Below, in pieces: positions 10,545 through 23,300 of a DNA stretch of 64,000 nt. The stretch is from Macrostomum lignano (lineage: Eukaryota): the NCBI GenBank assembly GCA_002269645.1, contig NIVC01001509.1:124001-188000 (forward strand), in the 5' to 3' direction. Every line of letters begins with the position of its first letter. The first letter of the stretch is position 1. Under the pieces are notes generated by a model. That model did not search any database. It was not told the origin of the DNA and worked only from the letters and a program-made list of their open reading frames with translations. Both the position numbers and the translations under genes were made by a program.

Positions 10545-12985
10545 CTCGTCTCCCTCTACCTCCCCATCTCCCTTTATCTCCACCTTCCTCTACCTCCTTA
10601 CCTCTCTCCCTCATCTCCCTCTACCTCTCCATCTCACTCTACCTCCTTACCTCTCTCCCTCATCTCCCTCTACCTCTCCACCTCCCTCTACCTCCTTACC
10701 TCTCTCCCTCATCTCCCTCTACCTCTCCATCTCACTCTACCTCCTTACCTCTCTCCCTCATTTCCCTCTACCTCTCCACCTCCCTCTACCTCCTTACCTC
10801 TCTCCCTCATCTCCCTCTACCTCATCTCCCTCTACCTCTTCACCTCCCTCTAACTCCTTACCTCTCTCCCTCATCTCCCTCTACCTCTCCATCTCACTCT
10901 ACCTCCTTACCTCTCTCCCTCATCTCCATCTATCTCTCCATCTCACTCTACCTCCTTACCTCTCTCCCTCATCTCCCTCTACCTCTCCATCTCACTCTAC
11001 CTCCTTACGTCTCTCCCTCATCTCCCTCTACCTCTCCACCTCCCTCTACCTCCTTACCTCTCTCCCTCATCTCCCTCTACCTCTCCATCTCACTCTACCT
11101 CCTTACCTCTCTCCCTCATCTCCCTCTACCTCTCCACCTCCCTCTACCTCCTTACCTCTCTCCCTCATCTCCCTCTACCTCTCCACCTTCCTTTACCTCC
11201 TTACCTCTCTCCCTCATCTCCCTCTACCTCTCCACCTCCCTCTACCTCCTTACCTCTCTCCCTCATCTCCCTCTACCTCTCCACCTCACTCTACCTCCTT
11301 ACCTCTCTCCCTCATTTCCCTCTACCTCTCCACCTCCCTCTACCTCCTTACCTCTCTCCCTCATCTCCCTCTACCTCTTCACCTCCCTCTACCTCCTTAC
11401 CTCTCTCCCTCATCTCCCTCTACCTCTCCACCTCCCTCTACCTCCTTACCTCTCTCCCTCATCTCCCTCTACCTCTCCACCTCACTCTACCTCCTTACCT
11501 CTCTCCCTCATCTCCCTCTACCTCTCCACCTCCCTCTACCTCCTTACCTCTCTCCCTCATCTCCCTCTACCTCTCCACCTCCCTCTACCTCCTTACCTCT
11601 CTCCCTCATCTCCCTCTACCTCTCCATCTCACTCTACCTCCTTACCTCTCTCCCTCATCTCCCTCTACCTCTCCACCTCCCTCTACCTCCTTACCTCTCT
11701 CCCTCATCTCCCTCTACCTCATCTCCCTCTACCTCTTCACCTCCCTCTAACTCCTTACCTCTCTCCCTCATCTCCCTCTACCTCTCCATCTCACTCTACC
11801 TCCTTACCTCTCTCCCTCATCTCCATCTATCTCTCCATCTCACTCTACCTCCTTACCTCTCTCCCTCATCTCCCTCTACCTCTCCATCTCACTCTACCTC
11901 CTTACCTCTCTCCCTCATCTCCCTCTACCTCTCCACCTCACTCTACCTCCTTACCTCTCTCCCTCATCTCCCTCTACCTCTCCATCTCACTCTACCTCCT
12001 TACCTCTCTCCCTCATCTCCCTCTACCTCTCCACCTCCCTCTACCTCCTTACCTCTCTCCCTCATCTCCCTCTACCTCTCCATCTCACTCTACCTCCTTA
12101 TCTCTTTCCCTCATCTCCCTCTACCTCTCCACCTTCCTTTACCTCCTTACCTCTCTCCCTCATCTCCCTCTACCTCTCCACCTTCCTTTACCTCCTTACC
12201 TCTCTCCCCCATCTCCCTCTACCTCTCCACCTCCCTCTACCTCCTTACCTCTCTCCCTCATCTCCCTCTACCTCTCCACCTCCCTCTACCTCCTTACCTC
12301 TCTCCCTCATCTCCCTCTACCTCTCCACCTCACTCTACCTCCTTACCTCTCTCCCTCATCTCCCTCTACCTCTCCACCTCCCTCTACCTCCTTACCTCTC
12401 TCCCTCATCTCCCTCTACCTCTCCACCTCCCTCTACCTCCTTACCTCTCTCCCTCATCTCCCTCTACCTCTCCATCTCACTCTACCTCCTTACCTCTCTC
12501 CCTCATCTCCCTCTACCTCTTTACCTCCCTCTACCTCCTTACCTCTCTCCCTCATCTCCCTCTACCTCATCTCCCTCTACCTCTCCACCTCACTCTACCT
12601 CCTTACCTCTCTCCCTCATCTCCCTCTACCTCTCCACCTCCCTCTACCTCCTTACCTCTCTCCCTCATCTCCCTCTACCTCTCCACCTCCCTCTACCTCC
12701 TTACCTCTCTCCCTCATCTCCCTCTACCTCTCCATCTCACTCTACCTCCTTACCTCTCTCCCTCATCTCCCTCTACCTCTCCACCTCCCTCTACCTCCTT
12801 ACCTCTCTCCCTCATCTCCCTCTACCTCTCCACCTCCCTCTACCTCCTTACCTCTCTCCCTCATCTCCCTCTACCTCTCCATCTCACTCTACCTCTCCAC
12901 CTCCCTCTACCTCCTTACCTCTCTCCCTCATCTCCCTCTACCTCTCCATCTCCCTCTACCTCTCCACCTCACTCTACCTCCTCAT
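10545..12985. repeat. 49-bp pyrimidine-rich, essentially G-free minisatellite
   Basis: Unit CTACCTCCTTACCTCTCTCCCTCATCTCCCTCTACCTCTCCACCTCCCT, about 50 copies; source of the 876-aa artefact ORF. Confidence 0.97.
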
Positions 12986-13084
12986 CTCCTTTTTTCACGT
13001 CTCCCTCTGACTCCCTGTAGGCCCGGTAGGCACTGTCTGCTGGACCGTCGACTATTTTTCTCATTATTATTCACTGGCACTGCC

Positions 13085-13324
13085 CAACCAATCAGAGCCA
13101 AGCTGCAACCCTATTCGCTGGCTAGTGGGTGCAGCAGCTGGTAAAGCAAAATATCATACATTAGCCAACACAGTGAGTCGCCTGGGCCAATATGCTGATA
13201 TTGCCTCCACAAATTCGCATCTAATTCGCAGCAGAACTGGATTTAGCAACCATTGGGAACTTCGTCTCAGCCGAACTGATTTGGAAAGACATTTTTCGGC
13301 ATCAGGTTGCAGATAATTAGCAAG
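13085..13324 (+). promoter_or_regulatory. Putative promoter (CCAAT box) and non-coding first exon of the TRIM9-like gene
   Basis: CCAATCAGAG at ~13088. Strong donor CAAG|GTGAGC at 13324/13325 pairs with acceptor TTTCGCAG|GAC at 14305/14306, 70 nt before the ATG at 14376. Confidence 0.45.
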
Positions 13325-13407
13325 GTGAGCGGATTTTTTATTTGGCTTTCACTTTCTGTGGTATGCAACCTCTTAATTTATTGATAAGGGGAATGACTAC
13401 TAAATGT

Positions 13408-14240
13408 ACACTGTGACTACCACAATCTGACTACCACAATCTGACTATCCACTCTGACTACCACACTTTGACTACCACACACTGACTACCACACTCTGAC
13501 TACCACACTGGGACTACCAAACTCTGACTAACACGCTCTGACTACCACAATCTGACTATCCACTCTGACTACCACACTTTGACTACCACATTATGACTAC
13601 TACATTATGACTAGCACACTGTGACTACCACAATCTGACTACCACAATCTGACTACCACAATCTGAGTATCACAGTCTGACTACCACAATCTGACTACCA
13701 CAATCTGACTATCCACTCTGACTACCACACTGTGACTACCCACTGTGGCTACAACACTGACTACCCCACTGTGACTACCACACTACCGATACTGACTAAC
13801 ACAATCTGACCATCCACTCTGACTACCACATTATGACTACTACATTATGACTAGCACACTGTGACTACCACAATCTGACTACCACAATCTGACTACCACA
13901 ATCTGACCATCCACTCTGACTATCCACTCTGACTACCACATTATAACTACTACATTATGACTAGCACACTGTGACTACCACAATCTGACTACCACAATCT
14001 GACTACCACAATCTGACTACCACAATCTGACCATCCACTCTGACTATCCACTCTGACTACCACATTATGACTACTACATTATGACTAGCACACTCTGACT
14101 ACCACAATCTGACTACCACAATCTGACTACCACAATCTGACTACCACAATCTGACTACCACAATCTGACCATCCACTCTGACTACCACAATCTGACTACC
14201 ACAATCTGACTATCCACTCTGACTACCACAGTGACTACCA
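13408..14240. repeat. 14-bp minisatellite (CTGACTACCACAAT) with variant blocks
   Basis: About 58 tandem copies, inside the inferred 5'UTR intron. Confidence 0.95.
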
Positions 14241-14375
14241 GAGACAAAGTACTCTACGCTTTAATCACCAAAATGCCGGCAAACCAATAAATTAATATTT
14301 CGCAGGACAGCACCCACCCCCTACCTCTGCATCTCCCAGTCTGTCTGCCCATCTGCCTGCCAGTCTCTCTTCGCA

Positions 14376-17300
14376 ATGTCCGGCAGCATCGGCAAAGGCC
14401 TCGAGCAGGAGCTGAAGTGTCCGCTGTGCAGAGCCTGGTTCGTCCGGCCGCTGCTGTTGCCATGCGGACATTCGCTGTGCCGCGACTGCTGGGCCGGCAT
14501 CCAGCAGGCCCCGGCGGACGACCAGATGTCCGTGCTGTCCGAGACCGACTCGGGCGTGTCCCTGCCGGCGTCCAGGCCGGACAGTTTGGTGACCGCTGGT
14601 GAGCGGTTTCTTGGAAACCTCTGCGAGGAAATTGCTTTACAGTTTTCTTCGACCTAGAAAGTTTCTTAGAAATCTTAGCAAGATATAATATTTAACGGAA
14701 TACTACGTTTAAATATGCAATTATGTTTCTTGGAAAACTGGGCACTAGAAATGTTTTTTCGGGCACTTAATAATATAATATAATAATAATTGATTGATTA
14801 CACCTGCCAAAATTGGGCCAGAAGTGCAACCGACAGCTCAGCCGCAGCTATTGCGCGGCGCATCTGAAGGCTGCGTACGGCTGTTCAGTCCAAGGACTGG
14901 GGGGTCGCCACACACACCCTCCATTTCCCAGCTGAACTGAAGCAATGCAGAGTTAAGTGTCTTGCTCAAGGACACAAATTGTTCCAGTGGAATCTGGAAT
15001 CGAACCGCCGACCTTTGAGTCGTGAATCCGACACTCTAATCACTAGGCTACAACCCCATTTTTTGTTTCAGCTTCCAGCGGCTCCGGCAGCAGCGGCGGC
15101 GGCGGCGGCGGCGGCGCAGGAAGTTCCGGCGCTGCTGGCGCCATCGGCGGCTTCCTCTGCCCGGCCTGCCGCAAGCCGGTGGCGCCGCCGCACAGCCAGC
15201 AGCTGCCGGCCAATCGCGCTCTCGAACGGCTTGTCTCCGCCGCTGCCGCCGCCTCTTCTGCTAACAAAGACCACGGCAGCCAGGACTGCGGCAACGACGA
15301 AGATGTCGTCGAGTTGAACGACTGCCGGAGACACCCGGGCGAGCCGGGCGCCTTCTGCCTCTCCTGCCGGGGCAGCTTCGCCTGCGGCCTGTGCGCCGGC
15401 GAGGAACCCTGCGGCGGCGGAGGCGGCGGCGGAGTCGGCGACGGCGGCGAGCGGCACCAGCCTGTACCGCTGCCGGCCGCCTGCAAAGCTCAGAAGGTGC
15501 GTTGGTTGTTTGAGGCTGTGCTGAGATGCCGTAGAGGCTGTTTTATTCTAATGGGAGGACCACTGGGTTCTTTGTTGTGAACTTAGAAATAAGTCACTCT
15601 GAAGACATCTCTAAAGAAGTCACTCTGAGGTGATCTCCGAGGTCATCTCATTCTGAGGAAATTTCTCAAGTTGTCACTCTGAACACATCTTTGAAGAAGT
15701 CACTCTGAGGACACCTCTGAAGTAGTCACCCTGAGGACAGCCCTGAAGAAGTCACTCTGAGGACGTCTCCGAAGAAGTCACTCTGAAGACATTTCGGAAG
15801 TAGTCACCTCGAAGACATCTATCTATGAAGAAGTCACTCTGAGGACGTCTCCGAAGAAGTCACTCTGAAGACATTTCGGAAGTAGTCACCTCGAAGACAT
15901 CTATCTATGAAGAAGTCACTCTGAGGACCCCCCTGAAGTAGTCACTCTGAGGACATCTCCGAAGAAGTCACTCTGAAGACATTTCCGAAGTAGTCACCTC
16001 GAAGACATCTATCTCCGAAGAAGTCACTCTGAAGTCATATTTAAAGAAGGCACTCGGATGTCTAACTGTAGTCTGCCACAGCTGACAGTAATATCTAAAA
16101 CCCTACACACTTTTCCTAACAAGACTCTGAGTCACCAACAGCAAAGAAATTCCTAAAATATTCTACCTGCATCTTTATTTAAAAGTCGCCAGGGCCTTCC
16201 AACAGCTTCTTGAGGTTCTGCCTGACGTAACCGGGCAAACAATTTGTCCATTACTGTTGGAATTCTGGGCGCGGGCAGCATTAATTTCCTGGGAAAATTC
16301 CCGCATTGGTTAGACATTGGTTTCTTTTCCCAGATTGCCATCCCAGGCCAGAAATTTTAGAGATCCGGGAGGTCCAAGACTTACTTAAAGCACCACGTGG
16401 GTGATCGAATGCATTAGTCTGGTGGTAGTTAAAAAAGTAAAGTTTGAATATCAATAGAGTATCAATAGAGCTATAAGAAAGGCACAACATATCAAAAGAT
16501 GAGCATTGGGTCTGCCTCCTATCAAAAGCAATAACAATTTTAGTATGAAAAAAAGTGAAAGCTTCTATCTCCGTAGTGTATTTTTCGTCGAAAACCAGCC
16601 TCTTTAACATTTTCTAAGAAATTTACGAGATAGTTTTCCGTCCTAATTTAGTTGTCCTTGGAATTCTAATAATGGAGCTCAATTGCATTGTCTATGGTTC
16701 AAGCCTATTAGTTCAGCTCCAGTTTGACCCCTAGTTGCATATTCTTCACCTCACTTTGAGGTCACCATCACCGACTCTGATTGCACTCACCATCAATATA
16801 TTTCCTTTGTAAGATCGTACAGTTTACCGCCAGAGAGCTATTCGATGTGCAAAGTTTGTTTGCTAGCAGATTTTTATCACACAAACTCGTTGAGGTGCAC
16901 TGGCCGGCTGGACTGATTTGACCTCAAATGCGAGTCAAACAGAGAGCAGGAGCTACCAGCGTTTGGGGAGCGGTGGGAGCAGATTTCGGCACCTGGGAGT
17001 TCGCAGATAAGACTGCAACGGGCCCCGCTTCAATGCGGCTTCGATAAGCTCTTGCGGGATGCCAGCAGATGCGGATTACAGAGAATCCCTTCTCAGAGCC
17101 CCCCCTCCCCACTGGAGCAGTGGCAATCGCGCGTTACGAAGGCAGGGACACCTACAGTCACAACCTGGAGTGGCCTCATCAAACACTTGTCATTTTCAGA
17201 CAACTATAGGCCGACTGCGGTTCTTCAGTTTACAAAGGAAGGACAAGTCTGTCTAATGTCACCGCAATCAGCCTACAGTTGTCTGAAAGTGCAAGGCTTT

Positions 17301-20300
17301 GTCGAGCCGCAATCAGCCTACAGTAGTCTGAAAATGCAAGGCTTTGTCGAGCCGCAATCAGCCTACAGTAGTCTGAAAATGCAAGGCTTTGTCGAGCCGC
17401 AATCAGCCTACAGTAGTCTGAAAATGCAAGGCTTTGTCGAGCCGCAATCAGCCTACAGTAGTCTGAAAATGCAAGGCTTTGTCGAGCCGCAATCAGCCTA
17501 CAGTAGTCTGAAAATGCAAGGCTTTGTCGAGCCGCAATCAGCCTACAGTAGTCTGAAAATGCAAGGCTTTGTCGAGCCGCAATCAGCCTACAGTTGTCTG
17601 AAAATGTGGAGTTCAGTAAGGAGTTGGCTCTCCAGCTTCTGACTCTAGATCTCCTTGGTTGAGGACAAAGTTCCGGGAGAAAAGAAATCCCACTAGACAA
17701 CTACGGGGGGTTTCATTCCACCTGAGGTGTCCCGAAAAGCTCTCCGGTTCGCATAAGCCCCAGCCCAGGTGAAGCACTGCCAGTCCATTTCCCATGGCCG
17801 TTGTCATCTTCATTCGGCCTTGAAGAGATGGTCCCGGCTCTTCTGTCCGGTTTTCCTGCTTGACTGCGCTTGGCTAAAAGGGCGAATTCGTTCGGGCAGA
17901 ACTGACGCTCCTGAGTGGCAACTTGCACGCTTCCACTTGGTTTTAGTTACTGCTAATATTCTGTTAGACAGTAGCTATATTCTGTTAGACAGTAGCTATA
18001 TTCTGTTAGACAGTAGCTATATTCTGTTAGACAGTAGCTATATTCTGTTAGACAGTAGCTATATCCGGTTAGACAGTAGCTATATTCTGTTAGACAGTAG
18101 CTATATTCTGTTAGACAGTGGCTATATTCTGTTAGACATTAGCTATATTCTGTTAGACAGTAGCTATATTCTGTTAGACAGTAGCTATATTCTGTTAGAC
18201 AGTAGCTATATTCTGTTAGACAGTAGCTATATTCTGTTAGACAGTAGCTATATCCGGTTAGACAGTAGCTATATTCTGTTAGACAGTAGCTATATTCTGT
18301 TAGACAGTGGCTATATTCTGTTAGACATTAGCTATATTCTGTTAGACAGTAGCTATATTCTGTTAGACAGTAGCTATATTCTGTTAGACAGTAGCTATAT
18401 TCTGTTAGACAGTAGCTATATTCTGTTAGACAGTAGCTATATTCTGTTAGACAGTAGCTATTTTCTGTTAGACAGTAGCTATATTCTGTTAGACAGCAGC
18501 CATATTCTGTTAAACAGTAGCTATATCCTGTTAGACAGTGGCTATATTCTGTTAGACATTAGCTATATTCTGTTAGACAGTAGCTATATTCTGTTAGACA
18601 GTAGCTATATTCTGTTAGACAGTAGCTATATTCTGTTAGACAGTAGCTATATCCGGTTAGACAGTAGCTATATCCTGTTAGACAGTAGCTATATCCGGTT
18701 AGACAGTAGCTATATCCTGTTAGACAGTAGCTATATCCGGTTAGACAGTAGCTATATCCTGTTAGACAGTAGCTATATTCTGTTCGACAGTAGCTATTAT
18801 CTGTTAGACAGTAGCTATATTCTGTTAGACAGTAGCTATATTCTGCTAGACAGTAGCTATATTCTGTTCGACAGTAGCTATTATCTGTTAGACAGTAGCT
18901 ATATCCTGTTAGACAGTAGCTATATCCGGTTAGACAGTAGCTATATCCTGTTAGACAGTAGCTATATTCTGTGCGACAGTAGCTATTATTCTGTTAGACA
19001 GCAGCTATATTCTGTTAGACAGTAGCTATATTCTGTTAGACAGTAGCTATATCCGGTTAGACAGTAGCTATATTCTGTTAGACAGTAGCCATATTCTGTT
19101 AGACAGCAGCTATATTCTGTTAGACAGTAGCTATATTCTGTTAGACAGTAGCTATATCCGGTTAGACAGTAGCCATATCCTGTTAGACAGCAGCTATATT
19201 CTGTTAGACAGTAGCTATATTCTGTTAGACAGTAGCTATATTCTGCTAGACAGCAGCCATATCCTGTTAGACAGCAGCCATATTCTTTGACAGTCCCCAT
19301 GCACTGCAGTATCTGCACCGGCCCCAGCATACGCACAGAGGCTGACCGGCAATTCAAGCCAATTTAATATTTAATGCAACAATCCCAAATTGATGGGAGC
19401 GCATTCCTCTCTCTGTCCCACCCGTTCCCGTATCCCGCTGCAACCTTCAGCAAAGAAAATGCCGCGGGTGGGAATTAACGGGATCACAGGGCACCGTCCC
19501 CAACACCAATGCTTCCCAATATGAATTGCGGCGGGCCATCTGTCTGGCGGCTCAGCCAAGGAGCTCTAGCTAGAACGCTTGTCTGGAGCGTCCTTCTTCT
19601 ATTCTGGTACTTCAGCTGTCCATACTAGGAGTCCTTGGACAAGGGAAAGTATTAATGTATAATTCAAGTTCTTAGCTTCCATTAGGTAGATGAAAAAATA
19701 TTGTTCGACGGTCTAGCGATTGGTCAGTTTCCAATCCAGATAACTTTATTTAGAAGTCCTTGTTCTGCTGAGCATCCCTGACCGCCAGTTACCCCCCCTC
19801 TGCCCCAAATTTTGCTCAGTCAGTCATTCTCATCACGGCTGGGATCAAAGAGGGTAGAAATCTCCCCTAAACTCCCAAAACCTCATCAAGAATGAGCGGG
19901 AGAGCTCAACGGCTTGCGGGTTATCCTCTAAGCAGCAGAGGTTAGCACTGTTGTAAGAAGAAATCAGTGAGAACTTTATCAGTTTGAATTAATTCCCTCA
20001 TATATTCAAAGTGTTACGTTTTGGAGCAGGGGATTTTCTGGCTTCCTCATTCTGATGCTGTGTCTTCTGCATGCGGCAACCAGCTAGCGATGTTCGGCAA
20101 TAAATAATATATCAATAAAAATAGAAACTTTATTTTCCACCCACTGTAAAGCCATAAACATCAGGCAACACAGCGGAGAGCTGGTGGCGATAGAAGACAA
20201 GTGGGAGGCTGGGAGCGAGCAGCGCGAAAGTCTTCATTAGGCTCCTTCCCGCCCCCGCCTCCCTACCCTCCGCATGCGTTCGCCTGTTGCTTTTTCGTTT

Positions 20301-23300
20301 CTCTTCTTTTGCAGTTTCTGCTTCTTCTTTTAGTTGTTCGAGAGGCGACGAAGTGGCCTCGGAATTCTTTCAGTCCCAATTATGCAGCGCAGCCAGCAGG
20401 CGGGAGGAAACGCATGAGGGAGAGCAAATGAAAAAGCAACACAATGCACAGGCCGTAGGTGCCAAGTGCGGCGCCCACCCTCCCCCTTAGTCCCACTGCG
20501 CCAGGGCGAAAGCGCGCGTAACACAACGCAGATCGGATGAAGAAAAAATGGTCCCTGCCCCTACCTGTAGCTTCCCAGCTTCCTCTCTGGCCATCGTCTG
20601 TCTTCACTTCCCCCCCTCCCCGAGGGAGAGACGGGGAGACGGTCCAGTTGGCGCCGAGAAGTCTCGCTGCCGCTCGCGATGCCGCTAGCTGATAAAATGT
20701 CAGCGGCCCTCCTCTTGGCCCCGCGACCCCCATCCTGGAAACTCCTTTTGCAGATTTGGCCGCTTAACCCTTGAAGGAAGACACCTGCATTTATCCCCCC
20801 CCCCTACTGCAGTTCTATCCGACTCTGCGATGCCACCTGCAGTTGACTTTCGCGCGCCTATGGCTGTGCGAGCTTACGAATTCCCCAAGGAGAGGCGCAC
20901 CACTCAATCACTTGGCTACCCGGCCTCACCCTCTCCGTAGAGACAAGGCATGCAAAGCGTGTTCATTACAGTCCAGGGAGTTCAGCTGGGGCAGCTCCTC
21001 CCGGTAGTTTGAGGTATGCGGGGCAGGCAAGTGCTTTGATAAGTATAGATAAGTATTACCAGTATGTTGGATTGCCAGTTGTTTTCCTCGATCCGATCAA
21101 ATTAGTTTAACCTTTGATTGTACTTTTACTGCTTGCCGTTGCCCGAGTCAGATATCAGTCATCAAGCCCTGTCTGTATAGGAGGTCATCAGGCCCTGTCT
21201 GTATAGGAGGTCATTAGCCTCTGTCTGTATAGGAGGTCATCAGGCCCTGTCTGTATAGGTCATTAGCCTCTGTCTGTATAGGAGGTCATCAGGCCCTGTC
21301 TGTATAGGTCATTAGCCTCTGTCTGTATAGGAGGTCATCAGGCCCTGTCTGTATAGGTCATTAGCCTCTGTCTGTATAGGAGGTCATCAGGCCCTGTCTG
21401 TATAGGAGGTCATAAGGCCCTGTCTGTATAGGAGGTCATCAGGCCCTGTCTGTATAGGAGGTCATCAGGCCCTGTCTGTATAGGAGGTCATCAGGCCCTG
21501 TCTGTATAGGAGGTCATCAGGCCCTGTCTGTATAGGAGGTCATCAGGCCTTGTCTGTATAGGAGGTCATCAGGCCCTGTCTGTATAGGAGGTCATCAGGC
21601 CCTGTCTGTATAGGAGGTCATCAGGCCCTGTCTGTATAGGAGGTCATCAGGCCCTGTCTGTATAGGAGGTCATCAGGCCCTGTCTGTATAGGAGGTCATA
21701 AGGCCCTGTCTTCATTAAAAAGCAAGTCCTGTCTTTACAGGTCAATAAACGCTTATTTTTATTCACATTTATTGATAATCATTCGTATTCATTCATATTC
21801 ATATTTGTACTTACCCACAAATTTTATTCCTCAAAACAACAATCCAGACTGAGCTGTCCCAGGCCCTGCAGAGTCTGTCAGAGCAAGCAAAATCCGGTTC
21901 GGAATTCCTGCAGCGGCTGAAATCCAGTTCAGAGCGAATCAAGGTGAGAAGGAAAGTGAATTTATTGCTGGTATTGAAAATATTGTGCCTAATTTGCGTC
22001 AAATCTATGAATTTATATAACTTATCCCAGTCCAACCGGGAGGTCATGGCTGCAGCGGTCACAGAGCAGTTTGACTCGCTGGTGTCTGCTCTGCAGTCAA
22101 AGAAGCAGGTGATGCTGAGCCAGCTGGCATCTGAGCAGGAGCACAAGCTCAGGCTCACCAGAGACCAGGCGGCCCAGTGCGCCTCCTCGCTGGCCAAGGC
22201 AACTGGATTGCTGCAGCTGTGCGTTGAGCTGCTCAAGGAGACTGAACCGGCCGCCTTCATCGCGGTGAGAAAGCTGAAGGCTTGTTGAGGCCAAACTTTA
22301 ATCTACAGTCTTTATCCACTCCAATCTGCATAAACTACAGTCTTTATCCATTCCAATCTGCATAAACTACAGTCTTTATCCATTCCAATCTGCATAAACT
22401 ACAGTCTTTATCCACTCAAATCTGCATAAACTACAGTCTTTATCCACTCCAATCTGCATAAACTACAGTCTTTATCCATTCCAATCTGCATAAACTACAG
22501 TCTTTATCCATTCCAATCTGCATAAACTACAGTCTTTATCCACTCCAATCTGCATAAACTACAGTCTTTATCCACTCCAATCTGCATAAACTACAGTCTT
22601 TATCCATTCCAATCTGCATAAACTACAGTCTTTATCCACTCCTATCTACAGTCTTTATCCACTCCAATCTGCATAAACTACAGTCTTTATCCATTCCAAT
22701 CTGCATAAACTACAGTCTTTATCCACTCCTATCTACAGTCTTTATCCACTCCAATCTGCATAAACTACAGTCTTTATCCATTCCAATCTGCATAAACTAC
22801 AGTCTTTATCCACTCCAATCTGCATAAACTACAGTCTTTATCCACTCCTATCTACAGTCTTTATCCACTCCAATCTGCATAAACTACAGTTTTTATCCAC
22901 TCCAATCTGCATAAACTACAGTCTTTATCCACTCTTATCTACAGTCTTTATCCACTCCAAACTAGTCTTTATCCACTCCAGACTAATCTTTATCCAATCC
23001 AATCTACATAAACTACAGTCTTTATCTACTCCAATCTGCAGTCTTTATCCACTCCAAACTACAGTCTGCTCCACACTCGAGCTTAGAACGGAACCTCCCA
23101 CCCCCCATCCTCACGCAGGTGTCGGCCGCGATGCAGGACCGGGCGGCCGGCATGCAGCGGAGTCTGCAGCGCCAGACGGAATCCGGGCCGAGGGTGAGCG
23201 AGCAGTTCGAGATCCGCCTGGACCCGGAACCGGTCCTGGTGGCCATCAACAGTCTGGCGTTCTCCGAGCACAAAAGTGAGTTATTGAGCTGTTTCTTAGA

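Noticed and set aside
10514-13144. 876-aa Leu/Ser/Pro ORF
   Set aside because: It is a translation of the G-free 49-bp array. Stop codons are nearly impossible at this composition, and there are no domain or splice signals.
16780-16920. Possible antisense nested exon ([20 protein letters not shown]|GTGAGT) in TRIM9 intron 2
   Set aside because: A single donor-like site and short frame, with no partner exons or recognisable domain.
17769-19357. LLDSSYI-repeat ORFs
   Set aside because: These come from a 21-bp intronic minisatellite within TRIM9 intron 2.
20200-21010. GC-rich island and 43500-44400 GC-rich ORFs as hidden genes
   Set aside because: No consistent reading frame, domain or splice pattern could be supported; they may be regulatory or decayed repeats.
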